From contig SXSI01000020.1 of NCBI GenBank assembly GCA_005792285.1, forward strand, positions 1,327-65,326: a stretch of 64,000 nucleotides of DNA, read 5' to 3'. The notes below the pieces were generated by a model, which was not told the DNA's origin, did no database searches, and was given only the letters and a program-made list of their open reading frames with translations. The position numbers were made by a program, and so were the translations under genes. This stretch comes from Bacteroidota bacterium (GTDB taxonomy: Bacteria > Bacteroidota > Ignavibacteria > UBA10030 > UBA8401). Below are positions 29,085 to 38,709 of this stretch, piece after piece (position 1 is the stretch's first letter; the number at the start of each line of letters is the position of its first letter).

Positions 29085-31310
29085 TTAAATCCTCCACCTC
29101 AATCCCATATAATAGAGTCGGCCATAAATCGGCCCCCAAATAATTGAGGAGTCGAAATATTGGTTTGTGGGATTGTTGTGACTCACAATTGGGTGCTCTT
29201 GCATGAAATTAAAAATATTTTCAATTCCCAAATACAAATCAAAACCCTCATAAAAAGAACGGGTTATTTGCGAGTTCGCTAATGCAAATCCGGGAGAATA
29301 TTCTTTTACTTGATATTCAGTCGGACTATTTTTTGTTTCCGGTAATCGCTTTGGAGAAAACCACTGCAAAGTAATATCGTAAAGCATTTGCGCATCTTCA
29401 CTTGATTCTCTTTCTGAAGTGAAAGCTAAATTAATAAACAGACGATGCTCGGCAACAAATGGTTTCTTAATCCAACTGTCATTAATTTTTTGCTTTACAT
29501 CTAAATAACGATATGCGATTCTGGTATCGAACATATCAATTGGTTGAAAATTAATTTCCATTTGGAAACTATTTGAGTACGATCCATTCTTCAGCGATAT
29601 AAATTCAATTTCATTTGCATTATCGAGATTTGCAACTATTTGATGCTCGAAGTTTGTTCGGTAAAAATCAATTGCAAAGTTTCCATCTCTATCATTAAAA
29701 ATAAAATAGCGCGTTAAATTAATTCCATAATTCCACGCAACTTCATTTTCAAATCCGTAACCATAATCAGAATTTGCGTTTGTAATTTTATAATTTCTGT
29801 TACTCATGAAGTAAGAAATATTTTCCGAAAATATATTTTGCGAACGAGTTCCTTTCCCTGAAATTAATCTGATCACAAAATCCTCACTCAGTTTGTAACG
29901 GATGTGAATTCTTGGTGTAACAAATAGCCCATATAAATTATGGTTATCTGCGCGAAGTCCGGCAACAACCGAAACTTCTTTTTCGTTATCGAAAGTATAT
30001 TCAAAAAATGCTCCCGGAACATTTTCGGTTCGCTTGAAATTTACTTTATCAAATGTTTCATCAAACTCATCGTAAAGTAAACTTAAGCCAGTGCGGAATT
30101 TATGATATGTATTATCAATTATTGATTGATAAATTAAATTAATGTATCCGGTTTTTTCATTTCCTAAATAATTCCTTGAACCAAGATTTGAGTTTTGTTG
30201 ATACTCTGTTAATGACCATTGAAGCCCAATGCTTTGATATTGTTTTGCGGGAAAAATATATCCCATTTTTCCGTACAAACGAAATTGCTTTGAATTTAAA
30301 TTCACAAGAAATGAATTTGAGTTATTTGTGCCAGCTTTTTTTTCATCATTTACATATTGTATTCCGAGTTGTCCTTCAAGACCAGTCAAATTTGAAAAAT
30401 AAAATCGCTGAAAAATATTTGTTGTGTTGTAAGTTGGCATATCCAAAAATGAATCTCCATTCATATCAATTTTTTTTGTCTGCCCCGAAGTGTGTAGAAG
30501 TGTCATCGAAGAAATATTGTCGGTAATTTTCTGCCGATAATTAAAATTACCTTCCATGCGATAATCTTTATTACCAAATAAATTTAAAAACATTTTCGAT
30601 TCTTCTTCATTTTGTGGTTTTCGGAGTTCAACATTAATTTGCCCCGTTATCGATTCATATCCATTTGCAACTGAGCCGACTCCTTTTGCAACTTGAATAT
30701 TTTCAATCCACGTTCCGGGAATATAAGTAAGCCCAACATTTGAAGTAAGCCCACGTATTGATGGAAGATTTTCGGTTGTAATTTGTGTGTACGAGCCCGC
30801 AAGTCCGAGCATTTCAATCTGTTTAGTCCCCGTAATCGCATCGCTAAATGAAACATCGATTGATGGATTAGTTTCAAAACTTTCCGATAAATTACAACAT
30901 GCAGCTTTGAAAAGTTCCTTCTCGGTCATAATCAAAAATTTTTGCGGAGTTAAATAACTTACCTTTGTTGACTGCACGCTCCCTTCAATTACAACTTCAG
31001 CAATTTTTTTTGGATCGGATTTAAGAATTACATTTAATTTTGTCTGATCATCAATTTCTAAAGTATCGGGAAGATAACCGATGTACGCAACAACTAATTT
31101 ATTGCTTTTATTATTTGGTTGAAGTTTAAAAACTCCATGTTCATCTGAAATTGTACCACTTGTTGTACCAAGCCAGTAAACGCTGGCACCAATAAGTGGC
31201 GTAAATTCCCCTGTTTCGTTTTTTTCAATAACAACGCCTGTTAAAGTTTTATCTTGTGCATTAAGCGCTGAAATAAAAAGAACAAAAAGGAGAATAATAA
31301 ACATTCTCAT
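29085..31310 (-). CDS. TonB-dependent outer-membrane receptor with an N-terminal carboxypeptidase-regulatory-like domain
   Basis: Signal peptide. CarbD_reg-like start (TLTGVVIEKNETGEF...GASVYWLGTTSGTISDEHGVFKL). Plug and 22-strand barrel features; 741 aa. Confidence 0.75.
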   Translation of the reverse strand: MRMFIILLFVLFISALNAQDKTLTGVVIEKNETGEFTPLIGASVYWLGTTSGTISDEHGVFKLQPNNKSNKLVVAYIGYLPDTLEIDDQTKLNVILKSDPKKIAEVVIEGSVQSTKVSYLTPQKFLIMTEKELFKAACCNLSESFETNPSIDVSFSDAITGTKQIEMLGLAGSYTQITTENLPSIRGLTSNVGLTYIPGTWIENIQVAKGVGSVANGYESITGQINVELRKPQNEEESKMFLNLFGNKDYRMEGNFNYRQKITDNISSMTLLHTSGQTKKIDMNGDSFLDMPTYNTTNIFQRFYFSNLTGLEGQLGIQYVNDEKKAGTNNSNSFLVNLNSKQFRLYGKMGYIFPAKQYQSIGLQWSLTEYQQNSNLGSRNYLGNEKTGYINLIYQSIIDNTYHKFRTGLSLLYDEFDETFDKVNFKRTENVPGAFFEYTFDNEKEVSVVAGLRADNHNLYGLFVTPRIHIRYKLSEDFVIRLISGKGTRSQNIFSENISYFMSNRNYKITNANSDYGYGFENEVAWNYGINLTRYFIFNDRDGNFAIDFYRTNFEHQIVANLDNANEIEFISLKNGSYSNSFQMEINFQPIDMFDTRIAYRYLDVKQKINDSWIKKPFVAEHRLFINLAFTSERESSEDAQMLYDITLQWFSPKRLPETKNSPTEYQVKEYSPGFALANSQITRSFYEGFDLYLGIENIFNFMQEHPIVSHNNPTNQYFDSSIIWGPIYGRLYYMGLRWRI

Positions 31311-31342
31311 TTTAATCCTCCTTTATTTTTTAATTAAGTCGT

Positions 31343-31672
31343 TTAGTGTTCTTCAACGGTTCGATACAAACAACATCCGGGAAGTTCGTTGTAAACTTCG
31401 TCCTTTGCTTTGTAATGTTCTGTATCGTAACCAACAGCGGCAATTCTTTTTTCAAGAGAGTCGAGCGAAATACTTTTTTCGTTATAAACAACCGAAAGCA
31501 TTTTACTTTTTTTATCCCATTTTGAATTATAAACCTCTTTTATTTTAAGAGATTTTTCGATTTTCTTTTTACACATTCCACAATTACCAAATACTTTGAT
31601 TTCCTTTTTTTCTTTTGGAATAACTAATGTTGAAAAAAGTATTGTTAAAACTAAAAATAATTTGATTTTCAT
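31343..31672 (-). CDS. Periplasmic heavy-metal-associated (HMA) domain protein
   Basis: Signal peptide, then VFGNCGMCKKKIEKSLK (the MxCxxC metal-binding loop of HMA/MerP-like ferredoxin-fold domains) and a C-terminal GCC pair. Confidence 0.6.
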   Translation of the reverse strand: MKIKLFLVLTILFSTLVIPKEKKEIKVFGNCGMCKKKIEKSLKIKEVYNSKWDKKSKMLSVVYNEKSISLDSLEKRIAAVGYDTEHYKAKDEVYNELPGCCLYRTVEEH

Positions 31673-31739
31673 TTTATACCTCTAAATTTTTTTTGATTAA
31701 TAAATTAGTTAATTAAAAAAACTACTAAATCAAAAAATT

Positions 31740-32123
31740 TTAAATGAGGTATGTGCAGTATAGCTTTTGCAGCGAGGCGAGTTTTGTTGGAGTGTTTTTT
31801 TCTAAAAATAAAACTTGTGAATATTGTCGAAAGAAATTGTTGGAGTGTTCAGTAGAAATCTTGCGAACACTTTTTTTATCAAAAGTTAAATTCTGCTTAT
31901 CATTCTTTTTTTGTTCAGTATCGAGCTTAAAGTTTTTGAATTCATTTTGGCAACAATTATCTTTTTCACTCTCCTCGTCGCAGCCACAACTTATAGTATC
32001 GGAGTTTGAAGTATGAAATTTAATCGATGAAATTTCCCCAGCACATAAATGTGTAGAAATTAAATAACCAATACTTGTTGTTGTATAAAAAACTAAAACT
32101 AATGCTGAAATTAACTTATTCAT
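31740..32123 (-). CDS. Secreted Cys-rich hypothetical protein
   Basis: Signal peptide. Cys cluster HLCAGE...CGCDEESEKDNCCQNE. First gene of a same-strand trio with the HMA protein and the TonB receptor. The plus-strand ORF at 31744..32016 was rejected. Confidence 0.4.
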   Translation of the reverse strand: MNKLISALVLVFYTTTSIGYLISTHLCAGEISSIKFHTSNSDTISCGCDEESEKDNCCQNEFKNFKLDTEQKKNDKQNLTFDKKSVRKISTEHSNNFFRQYSQVLFLEKNTPTKLASLQKLYCTYLI

Positions 32124-32223
32124 TTCTGTACAAATGTAATTAACTATTGTTTAAAAGTAAAGCACTCCTACAATGAGCAGTTAACAATAAACAATTAGCA
32201 ATTAACATTTTTATTAGTGCAAG

Positions 32224-32330
32224 ATTGCTTCATCCCGATAAATCGGGATTCGCAATGACACTCTTCGACAGGCTCAGAGTGACACATTATAATCGTCATG
32301 CTGAGCTTGTCGCCTGCCTGCCTCAGGCGG
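32224..32330 (-). other. GC-rich structured element (three consecutive hairpins). Candidate terminator, 5'-leader RNA or REP-like element
   Basis: Hairpin A 32224..32256: attgc-(ttc)-atcccg-ataaat-cgggat-(tc)-gcaat. Hairpin B 32266..32312: 18-bp imperfect inverted repeat cgacaggctcagagtgac / gtcatgctgagcttgtcg with an 11-nt loop. Hairpin C 32311..32329: cgcctg-cctgcct-caggcg. About 55% GC in a roughly 33% GC genome. Confidence 0.35.
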
Positions 32331-32407
32331 TAAGCATTACTTCATCAAAACTAATTTTTGTGTTATTGTTTCTTCATTTGTTTTAAGAATACAGAAATAT
32401 ATTCCTT

Positions 32408-32941
32408 TTAAAAATTTTTCCACATCATCGACTCGATTGGTTTTTTAGAGAGGTGGTTATATTTTGCATTTTTCTTTTTGTTATACGAAACCTCTACTTC
32501 TCCACTTACTTCAAAATAAATTAACTGGCCAATCGGCATCCCGGCATAAACACGAACAGGTTGCTTTACAGAAATTTCTAAAGTCCAGTAATTACAAAAA
32601 CCAACATCACCTTTCCCTGCGGTTGCGTGAATATCAATTCCTAATCTCCCGATTGAACTTTTCCCTTCTAAAAAAGGGACATGCTCATGTGTCTCAGTAT
32701 ATTCTTCTGTAACTCCGAGATATAACATATGTGGTTGAAGTATAAATCCATCTTTTGTAATTTGGAAGTGTTTAATCTTATTATGTTTTTTTGAATCCAA
32801 AATTTCATCTTTATAAACAGCTAAATTTTTTCCCAAATGAACATCGTAACTATTTGAGCCAAGAAATTTCCTATTAAATGGCGAAATAATAATTGTTCCT
32901 TTTTTTATTTCTGTTAATATTTGTTTATCTGTTAGAATCAT
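32408..32941 (-). CDS. dcd: dCTP deaminase
   Basis: MILTDKQILTEIKKGTIIISPFNRKFLGSNSYDVHLG... matches the Dcd/dUTPase-fold N-terminus; 177 aa. Confidence 0.85.
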   Translation of the reverse strand: MILTDKQILTEIKKGTIIISPFNRKFLGSNSYDVHLGKNLAVYKDEILDSKKHNKIKHFQITKDGFILQPHMLYLGVTEEYTETHEHVPFLEGKSSIGRLGIDIHATAGKGDVGFCNYWTLEISVKQPVRVYAGMPIGQLIYFEVSGEVEVSYNKKKNAKYNHLSKKPIESMMWKNF

Positions 32942-33078
32942 TTTTTAATTATTGTATTTAATTTACATTTTAACCAAAGTAGGAAAATATTTTTCGGTAT
33001 CTATGTTTTTTCTATTTTGGCTGACTCCTTCACCAAGTATTTATAAATGCTTTGTGAGGGATAGGTTCGTTTATACTT

Positions 33079-36000
33079 ATGGCTAAATCAATTTTATCAA
33101 CACTATCTCATTCTGAACAATTCAAGAAATTAACAGAAAATATACCTTCTGCTGAAAAGCCATTTACAATTTCGGGCGTTTGCGGTTCGCTTTGGGCTTT
33201 GATAACAGCGCAATTATTCAAAGAATTTCAACAAAAAATAATTGTAGTTTCTGCCGAAAGAGAATCTGCGGAAATAATTAGAGATGATCTTGCAACATTA
33301 GTTGGCTCTGCAAATGTTTTCTTTTCATCTTACGAACCAAAATTAGCAACCGAGTCGTTTGATATGACAGGCGAAATAAGTCAAATTGAATCTCTGCAAA
33401 AATTAATTTCTCCCAATCCAATAATAATTGTAACATACATTGCGGCGATTACTACAAAGGTTCCTGCTCCTGATTTAATAAAATCGAAAATGATTTCGAT
33501 ATATCGTGGTTCTGAATTACAATACGAAAACTTTATTTCAATATTAACAGAGAATGGTTTTACAAGAAAAAATTTTATTGAAACCTACGGCGATTTTGCA
33601 GTTCGTGGTGGGATAATTGATCTTTTTCCAATTACCGGCGAACATCCGTATCGGTTGGAATTTTGGGGAGATATGGTTGAGTCGATTCGTGAATTCGATA
33701 TTTTTTCGCAGAGATCAATCCGTGAAGTTGGTGAAATATTTATTCTTCCGAAATTCGAACCTTCATCATCAACGAGTACAATCTTCGATTACATTAACAA
33801 TGAAGCAATTATTTTTTACGATGATCCGATAAAACTTTCTAAGGAACTTGATGAACTTCAATCGGAAGGGATTCCAACCGATTTATCGATGAATGATTTT
33901 TTAAAATTAATTTTACAACAAAAAAGAATTGAACATAAAATTTTTAATACTTCAAATGTAGATATAAATTTTTCTGCCATTTCTCAACCGGCTTCTCATG
34001 GGAGTATGAAAACTTTAAATCATCAACTTGAGGAGTGTAATCGCAAAGGATTCGAAATCTGGATTTATTCCGAAACCAAAGAGGAATCAACTCGTCTTCA
34101 GGAATTATTAAATACAACTGATCTTGTTGAGGAAAATGAAAATTCAAATGAGCAATTAAAAAAATTTATTAATGAACTTCATTTTGTAACTGGCGAGTTC
34201 CATGAAGGATTTATTTATCCAAACTCGAATGTTGCTTTATTTACCGAACATCAAATTTTCGGCAGGATTAAACAGCATAAAAATCCGAAACGAAAACGAT
34301 TTAAAGGGATTTCGCAAAAAGAATTACACGTTTTAAAGGGTGGCGATTTTGTAGTTCATATTGATCATGGTATTGGTAAATATTTTGGAATGAAATATAT
34401 TTCTGTCGGTGGAAATCAACAGGAAGTTGTAAAATTAGAGTATGCAAATAGTGGGACTCTTTTTGTAAATGTTAATTTTATAAATCGCATTCAAAAATAT
34501 TCTTCTGCGGAAGGACATATTCCAACATTAAACACTCTCGGTGGAAAAGAGTGGGACAGAACTAAACAACGTGCTAAGAAAAAAATAAAAGATATTGCAC
34601 GCGATTTAATTAAACTTTATGCGTTAAGAAAAAATTCTACCGGATTTGCTTTTTCAGCCGATACGCCATGGCAAAAAGAAATGGAAGCTTCTTTTATGTA
34701 CGACGATACTCCAGATCAGGCAACTGCAACTTTATTTGTAAAACAGGATATGGAAAGTTCGAGTCCGATGGACAGATTAATTTGTGGAGATGTTGGATTT
34801 GGAAAAACTGAAGTTGCAGTTCGTGCTGCATTTAAATCTGTAATGAGCGGAAAACAAGTTGCAGTTCTTGTGCCAACTACAATACTGGCACGGCAACATG
34901 GCAATACATTTTTAGATCGGCTCGGAAGATATTCTACGCGGATCGAAGTTCTTTCCCGATTTCGTTCTGCAAAAGAAATTAAAAATGCAATTGCACAAAT
35001 TGCAATTGGGCAAGTTGATATTGTGATTGGAACTCATCGATTACTTTCCAAAGATATAAATTTTAAAGATCTCGGCTTACTTATAATAGATGAAGAACAA
35101 CGCTTCGGAGTTTCGGCAAAAGAAAAACTTCGTTCGTTAAAAAATTCTGTTGATACATTAACACTTACCGCAACACCAATTCCGAGAACTTTACAATTTT
35201 CATTAATGGGTTCGCGCGACTTGTCAATTATTTCAACTCCGCCACGAAATCGTTATCCAATTCATACAGAAATTGCCGTCTTTGATAAAACAATTATTCG
35301 CGAAGCAATAATTCGGGAAATTCATCGCGGTGGACAAGTTTATATTGTTCACGACCGAATTAGTTCGATTGAACAAATTGTTTCAATGATTCAGGATTTT
35401 GTTCCGGAGGCCAGATTTTGTGTTGCTCATGGACAAATGAATGCGCATAAATTGGAAAAAGTTATGATAGATTTTATGGAAAGAAAATATAACGTGCTTG
35501 TCTCTACAAAAATAATTGAATCGGGAATTGATATTCCGAGTGTGAATACAATAATAATTAATCGCGCAGATAGATTTGGAATGGCGGAATTATATCAACT
35601 TCGTGGTCGTGTTGGAAGAAGTAATATTCAGGCATATGCATATTTATTGATTCCTCCATTCGCTTCACTTTCAAAAGAAACTTTACGAAGATTACAAGCT
35701 GTTGAAGAATTTACAGAACTTGGCTCGGGATTTAATTTGGCGATGCGCGATCTTGAAATTAGAGGTGCAGGAAATTTACTTGGTTCGGAACAAAGTGGTT
35801 TCGTTGCTGATATGGGTTTTGAAATGTATCAGCGACTTGTTAATGAAGCTGTTGCAGAATTGAAAGATGAAGAATTTCAAGAAGTTAATTCAGATTCATC
35901 CAAAAAAGAAATTGATGCTGTTGTTGAAGTTGATGTTGATGCATTTATTTCAGATGAATATGTTACTGATAATTCAGAACGCTTGGATTTGTACAGAAGA

Positions 36001-36387
36001 ATTGCACGAACAAAAAATGAAAAAGAAATTGATCTGTTTTATGTTGAACTTCGCGACAGATTCGGCGAACTCCCGATTGAAACAAATAATCTTTTAATAG
36101 TCGCACGATTAAGATTACTGCTTTCAAATATTCAATTACAAAAATTAATTATCCGCGGAGATAATGCAACTTTTTATTTCCCCTCAAAAGAAAATGTTTC
36201 TTTTTACGAAGGTGGTTTTTTTCAAAAATTTATTGCTGTAATCCCTACTTTATCACATAAGTTATTTTTTAAGGAAGAAAACAAGAAATCAGTTTTATAT
36301 GGTAAAATTAAATCCGCCAGCAACGAAGAACGTTTGCAGCAAATAATATTTTTATTGAAAGATATTTCAGACAAAATTGAACTTTAA
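33079..36387 (+). CDS. mfd: Transcription-repair coupling factor
   Basis: 1102 aa. UvrB-homology N-terminal region, RNAP-interaction domain, superfamily-2 translocase motifs (GDVGFGKTEVAVRAAF, LIIDEEQRFGV, ...QLRGRVGRS) and a TRCF C-terminal domain. Confidence 0.92.
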   Translation: MAKSILSTLSHSEQFKKLTENIPSAEKPFTISGVCGSLWALITAQLFKEFQQKIIVVSAERESAEIIRDDLATLVGSANVFFSSYEPKLATESFDMTGEISQIESLQKLISPNPIIIVTYIAAITTKVPAPDLIKSKMISIYRGSELQYENFISILTENGFTRKNFIETYGDFAVRGGIIDLFPITGEHPYRLEFWGDMVESIREFDIFSQRSIREVGEIFILPKFEPSSSTSTIFDYINNEAIIFYDDPIKLSKELDELQSEGIPTDLSMNDFLKLILQQKRIEHKIFNTSNVDINFSAISQPASHGSMKTLNHQLEECNRKGFEIWIYSETKEESTRLQELLNTTDLVEENENSNEQLKKFINELHFVTGEFHEGFIYPNSNVALFTEHQIFGRIKQHKNPKRKRFKGISQKELHVLKGGDFVVHIDHGIGKYFGMKYISVGGNQQEVVKLEYANSGTLFVNVNFINRIQKYSSAEGHIPTLNTLGGKEWDRTKQRAKKKIKDIARDLIKLYALRKNSTGFAFSADTPWQKEMEASFMYDDTPDQATATLFVKQDMESSSPMDRLICGDVGFGKTEVAVRAAFKSVMSGKQVAVLVPTTILARQHGNTFLDRLGRYSTRIEVLSRFRSAKEIKNAIAQIAIGQVDIVIGTHRLLSKDINFKDLGLLIIDEEQRFGVSAKEKLRSLKNSVDTLTLTATPIPRTLQFSLMGSRDLSIISTPPRNRYPIHTEIAVFDKTIIREAIIREIHRGGQVYIVHDRISSIEQIVSMIQDFVPEARFCVAHGQMNAHKLEKVMIDFMERKYNVLVSTKIIESGIDIPSVNTIIINRADRFGMAELYQLRGRVGRSNIQAYAYLLIPPFASLSKETLRRLQAVEEFTELGSGFNLAMRDLEIRGAGNLLGSEQSGFVADMGFEMYQRLVNEAVAELKDEEFQEVNSDSSKKEIDAVVEVDVDAFISDEYVTDNSERLDLYRRIARTKNEKEIDLFYVELRDRFGELPIETNNLLIVARLRLLLSNIQLQKLIIRGDNATFYFPSKENVSFYEGGFFQKFIAVIPTLSHKLFFKEENKKSVLYGKIKSASNEERLQQIIFLLKDISDKIEL

Positions 36388-36411
36388 TCTTAATTATTGT
36401 AAATTATTTCT

Positions 36412-36675
36412 ATGAAAGAATTAATAACTTGGCTCTTCGGAATAAGCTTGTTGGTAAACGCTGGATTATTTATCCCTCAAATAATAAAAATATTGAAAAC
36501 CAAAAGTGCAAAAGATTTTTCTATTTTAACCTTTGGTGGATTTAATGTCCTGCAAATAGTAGGCATTTTGTACGGATACATCCAAAATGACTTTACCTTA
36601 ATGTGGGGTATGGTTGTAAGTTTAATTGCGTGCGGCTCGGTAACATTGCTCGCATTTATTTATCGCAAAAATTAA
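36412..36675 (+). CDS. PQ-loop / SemiSWEET-like small membrane transporter
   Basis: 87 aa with three predicted TM helices and a PQ motif in TM1 (LFIPQIIKILKTKSAKDFS). Size and topology match bacterial SemiSWEETs. Confidence 0.5.
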   Translation: MKELITWLFGISLLVNAGLFIPQIIKILKTKSAKDFSILTFGGFNVLQIVGILYGYIQNDFTLMWGMVVSLIACGSVTLLAFIYRKN

Positions 36676-37027
36676 TAGTGATAATGTTTGGAATAAAACT
36701 CACTTACTAAGTGGAAATTTATTTATATGGGCATCTTCCGTGATGCTTATTGGGATTTTCGTAGAACCTTTCTATTCTTTTATTTTAATTATTTCAAGCA
36801 TTTCGATTGTTCAATGTTCTTTTCCTGTAATACAAAAAATGGAACAGGCACGTTAATTGATTTTATACGAAAATGATAAATACCATACTTACAGTTGGTT
36901 AGACCCTGAAGGGGACTTGGAGTTCAAGCAATAGTTAAATATAAGTGGACAACGAAAAACGAGAAAATAGAGTTTTCTTTGCATCAGAAAACGAAGCTAT
37001 TAAAAACGACAATCGACATCGAAAACA

Positions 37028-37660
37028 TTGTTTGAAAACAGAATACAAAAAATGGATTTATTTAACAACAAAATAGACTTTTTAGAAAATTTATTACCTA
37101 AAGATGGTATAATAAATTATTACGGGAAGTTGCTGACAAACAAAGAAGCAAATCACTATTTCGACAGTTTAATGAAGACAATCGAATGGAAAAATGACCA
37201 GGCTATTATATACGGAAAACTGATAGTAACAAAACGAAAAGTAGCTTGGTATGGCGACACTAATTTTGAATACAAATATTCTAACACAACTAAACGAGCC
37301 TTAACTTGGACAACTGAATTATTAGATTTAAAATCAATCGTCCAAGAAAAAACAGGCGAAAAGTTTAATTCCTGTTTGCTTAACTTATACCACACTGGCG
37401 AAGAAGGAATGGCGTGGCATAGTGATGCTGAAAAAGTTTTAAAGAAAAATGGAGCAATTGGATCATTGAGTTTTGGGGCAGAACGCAAATTTGCATTCAA
37501 GCATAAAAAAACAAAAGAAACTATTTCATTAATTCTAGAACACGGAAGTTTATTGGTAATGAAAGATATTACACAAACGAATTGGCTACATCGACTTCCA
37601 CCGACAAAGCTCACCAACAAACCAAGAATAAACTTAACTTTTAGGACAATTGTTCTCTGA
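37028..37660 (+). CDS. alkB: Alpha-ketoglutarate/Fe(II)-dependent dioxygenase AlkB (alkylated DNA/RNA repair)
   Basis: 2OG-Fe(II) oxygenase facial triad HxD...H (WHSDAE...HGSLLVM) and the R..L(N)LTFR C-terminal 2OG-binding motif (RINLTFRTI). About 210 aa. Confidence 0.8.
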   Translation: MFENRIQKMDLFNNKIDFLENLLPKDGIINYYGKLLTNKEANHYFDSLMKTIEWKNDQAIIYGKLIVTKRKVAWYGDTNFEYKYSNTTKRALTWTTELLDLKSIVQEKTGEKFNSCLLNLYHTGEEGMAWHSDAEKVLKKNGAIGSLSFGAERKFAFKHKKTKETISLILEHGSLLVMKDITQTNWLHRLPPTKLTNKPRINLTFRTIVL

Positions 37661-37983
37661 ATTGCACGTCAACCGAGGAAGAAAATCAGCCCATAACACG
37701 TGCTTGGCAAAGATGAGAAATAAAAAAAATGAAACTCTTAAAGTTATGCAAAACAATAATAAACAGAAAAATTATAACCAAAAAAATTGACTAATTACTC
37801 CATCGTCCCTCAATTGATAGTTGCTTTATCAATAGCACATGTCTGGATATTTCGTTTTGATAATATCGTAAAAGAATTTACCAAATATGATTTGAATAAC
37901 TTAACTCCTAATTCAGTGGGAAGCCGGGCAAATATTTACATATTGACGGAGGAATGTATATTTTCAAAACCTCACAAAATTAC

Positions 37984-38700
37984 ATGACCGATACTTTCTT
38001 ATCAGCCCGTTGGGAAAATTTGATTATGGCAAACTATGCCATTGATCCTGAAATATTAAAACCATATTTGCCTAAAGGTGTTGAATTGGATTTTTACGAT
38101 GATAAAACATATGTTAGTCTTGTTGGTTTTATGTTTAAAAAAACAAGCCTGTTCCATATACCCATTCCGTTTTTAGGAACCTTTGAAGAAATCAATCTGC
38201 GTTTTTATGTAAAAAGAATTGAAGGAAATTCCATAAAAAGAGGTGTGGTATTTATCAACGAAACTGTTCCCTATAAAGCCGTAGCCTGGCTTGCCAATAA
38301 ATTATATAAAGAACATTACATCGCTATTCCTACAAAAAATAAAATAGCTATTACCAATAGTTCAAAGAAGATAAAGTATGAATGGAAAATAAAAAATGAA
38401 TGGAATCATATTGCAGTAAATACCGGTGTGGAAAAAGAACAAATGCAACTTGGCAGTATAGAAGAATTCATTTTTGAACATTACTACGGGTACACTAAAG
38501 TCAACAATCAACATTCACAAGAATACAAAGTGAACCATCCAAGGTGGCAGGTGAATAAAGTGCTTGACTATGAAATTAATTGCAACTTTGAGGCAATGTA
38601 TGGTGCTGACTTTTCTTTTTTAAAAAATGTACAAGCAAAATCGGTTATTGTTGCTGAGGGCTCACCTATTACTGTAAATTGGAGACGAATTTCATTTTAA
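37984..38700 (+). CDS. DUF2071-like (YqjF-like) conserved hypothetical protein
   Basis: ...FLSARWENLIMANYAIDPEILKPYLPKGVELD... fits the N-terminal W.NL.M.NY...P..L...LP.G.ELD pattern I associate with DUF2071. The ORF-track start at 37954 is possible; the Met at 37984 matches family starts better. Confidence 0.45.
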   Translation: MTDTFLSARWENLIMANYAIDPEILKPYLPKGVELDFYDDKTYVSLVGFMFKKTSLFHIPIPFLGTFEEINLRFYVKRIEGNSIKRGVVFINETVPYKAVAWLANKLYKEHYIAIPTKNKIAITNSSKKIKYEWKIKNEWNHIAVNTGVEKEQMQLGSIEEFIFEHYYGYTKVNNQHSQEYKVNHPRWQVNKVLDYEINCNFEAMYGADFSFLKNVQAKSVIVAEGSPITVNWRRISF

Positions 38701-38709
38701 AAATTCAAT

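Noticed and set aside
31744-32016. Plus-strand 90-aa ORF opposite the Cys-rich secreted protein gene
   Set aside because: Low-complexity (Phe/Ser/Leu) translation. The minus-strand ORF has a signal peptide and fits the surrounding minus-strand operon.
36880-36960. Possible tRNA-like segment (…ggttagaccctgaaggggacttggagttcaagc…) in the long intergenic region before the repair island
   Set aside because: No acceptor-stem pairing, no GTTCRANYC T-loop with a flanking complementary stem, and no anticodon-arm geometry could be drawn; judged not a tRNA.
37156-37620. 154-aa minus-strand ORF antisense to the AlkB DNA-repair dioxygenase gene
   Set aside because: The plus-strand ORF carries the complete 2OG-Fe(II) HxD…H/RxxxxxR motif set; the antisense ORF has no recognisable features.
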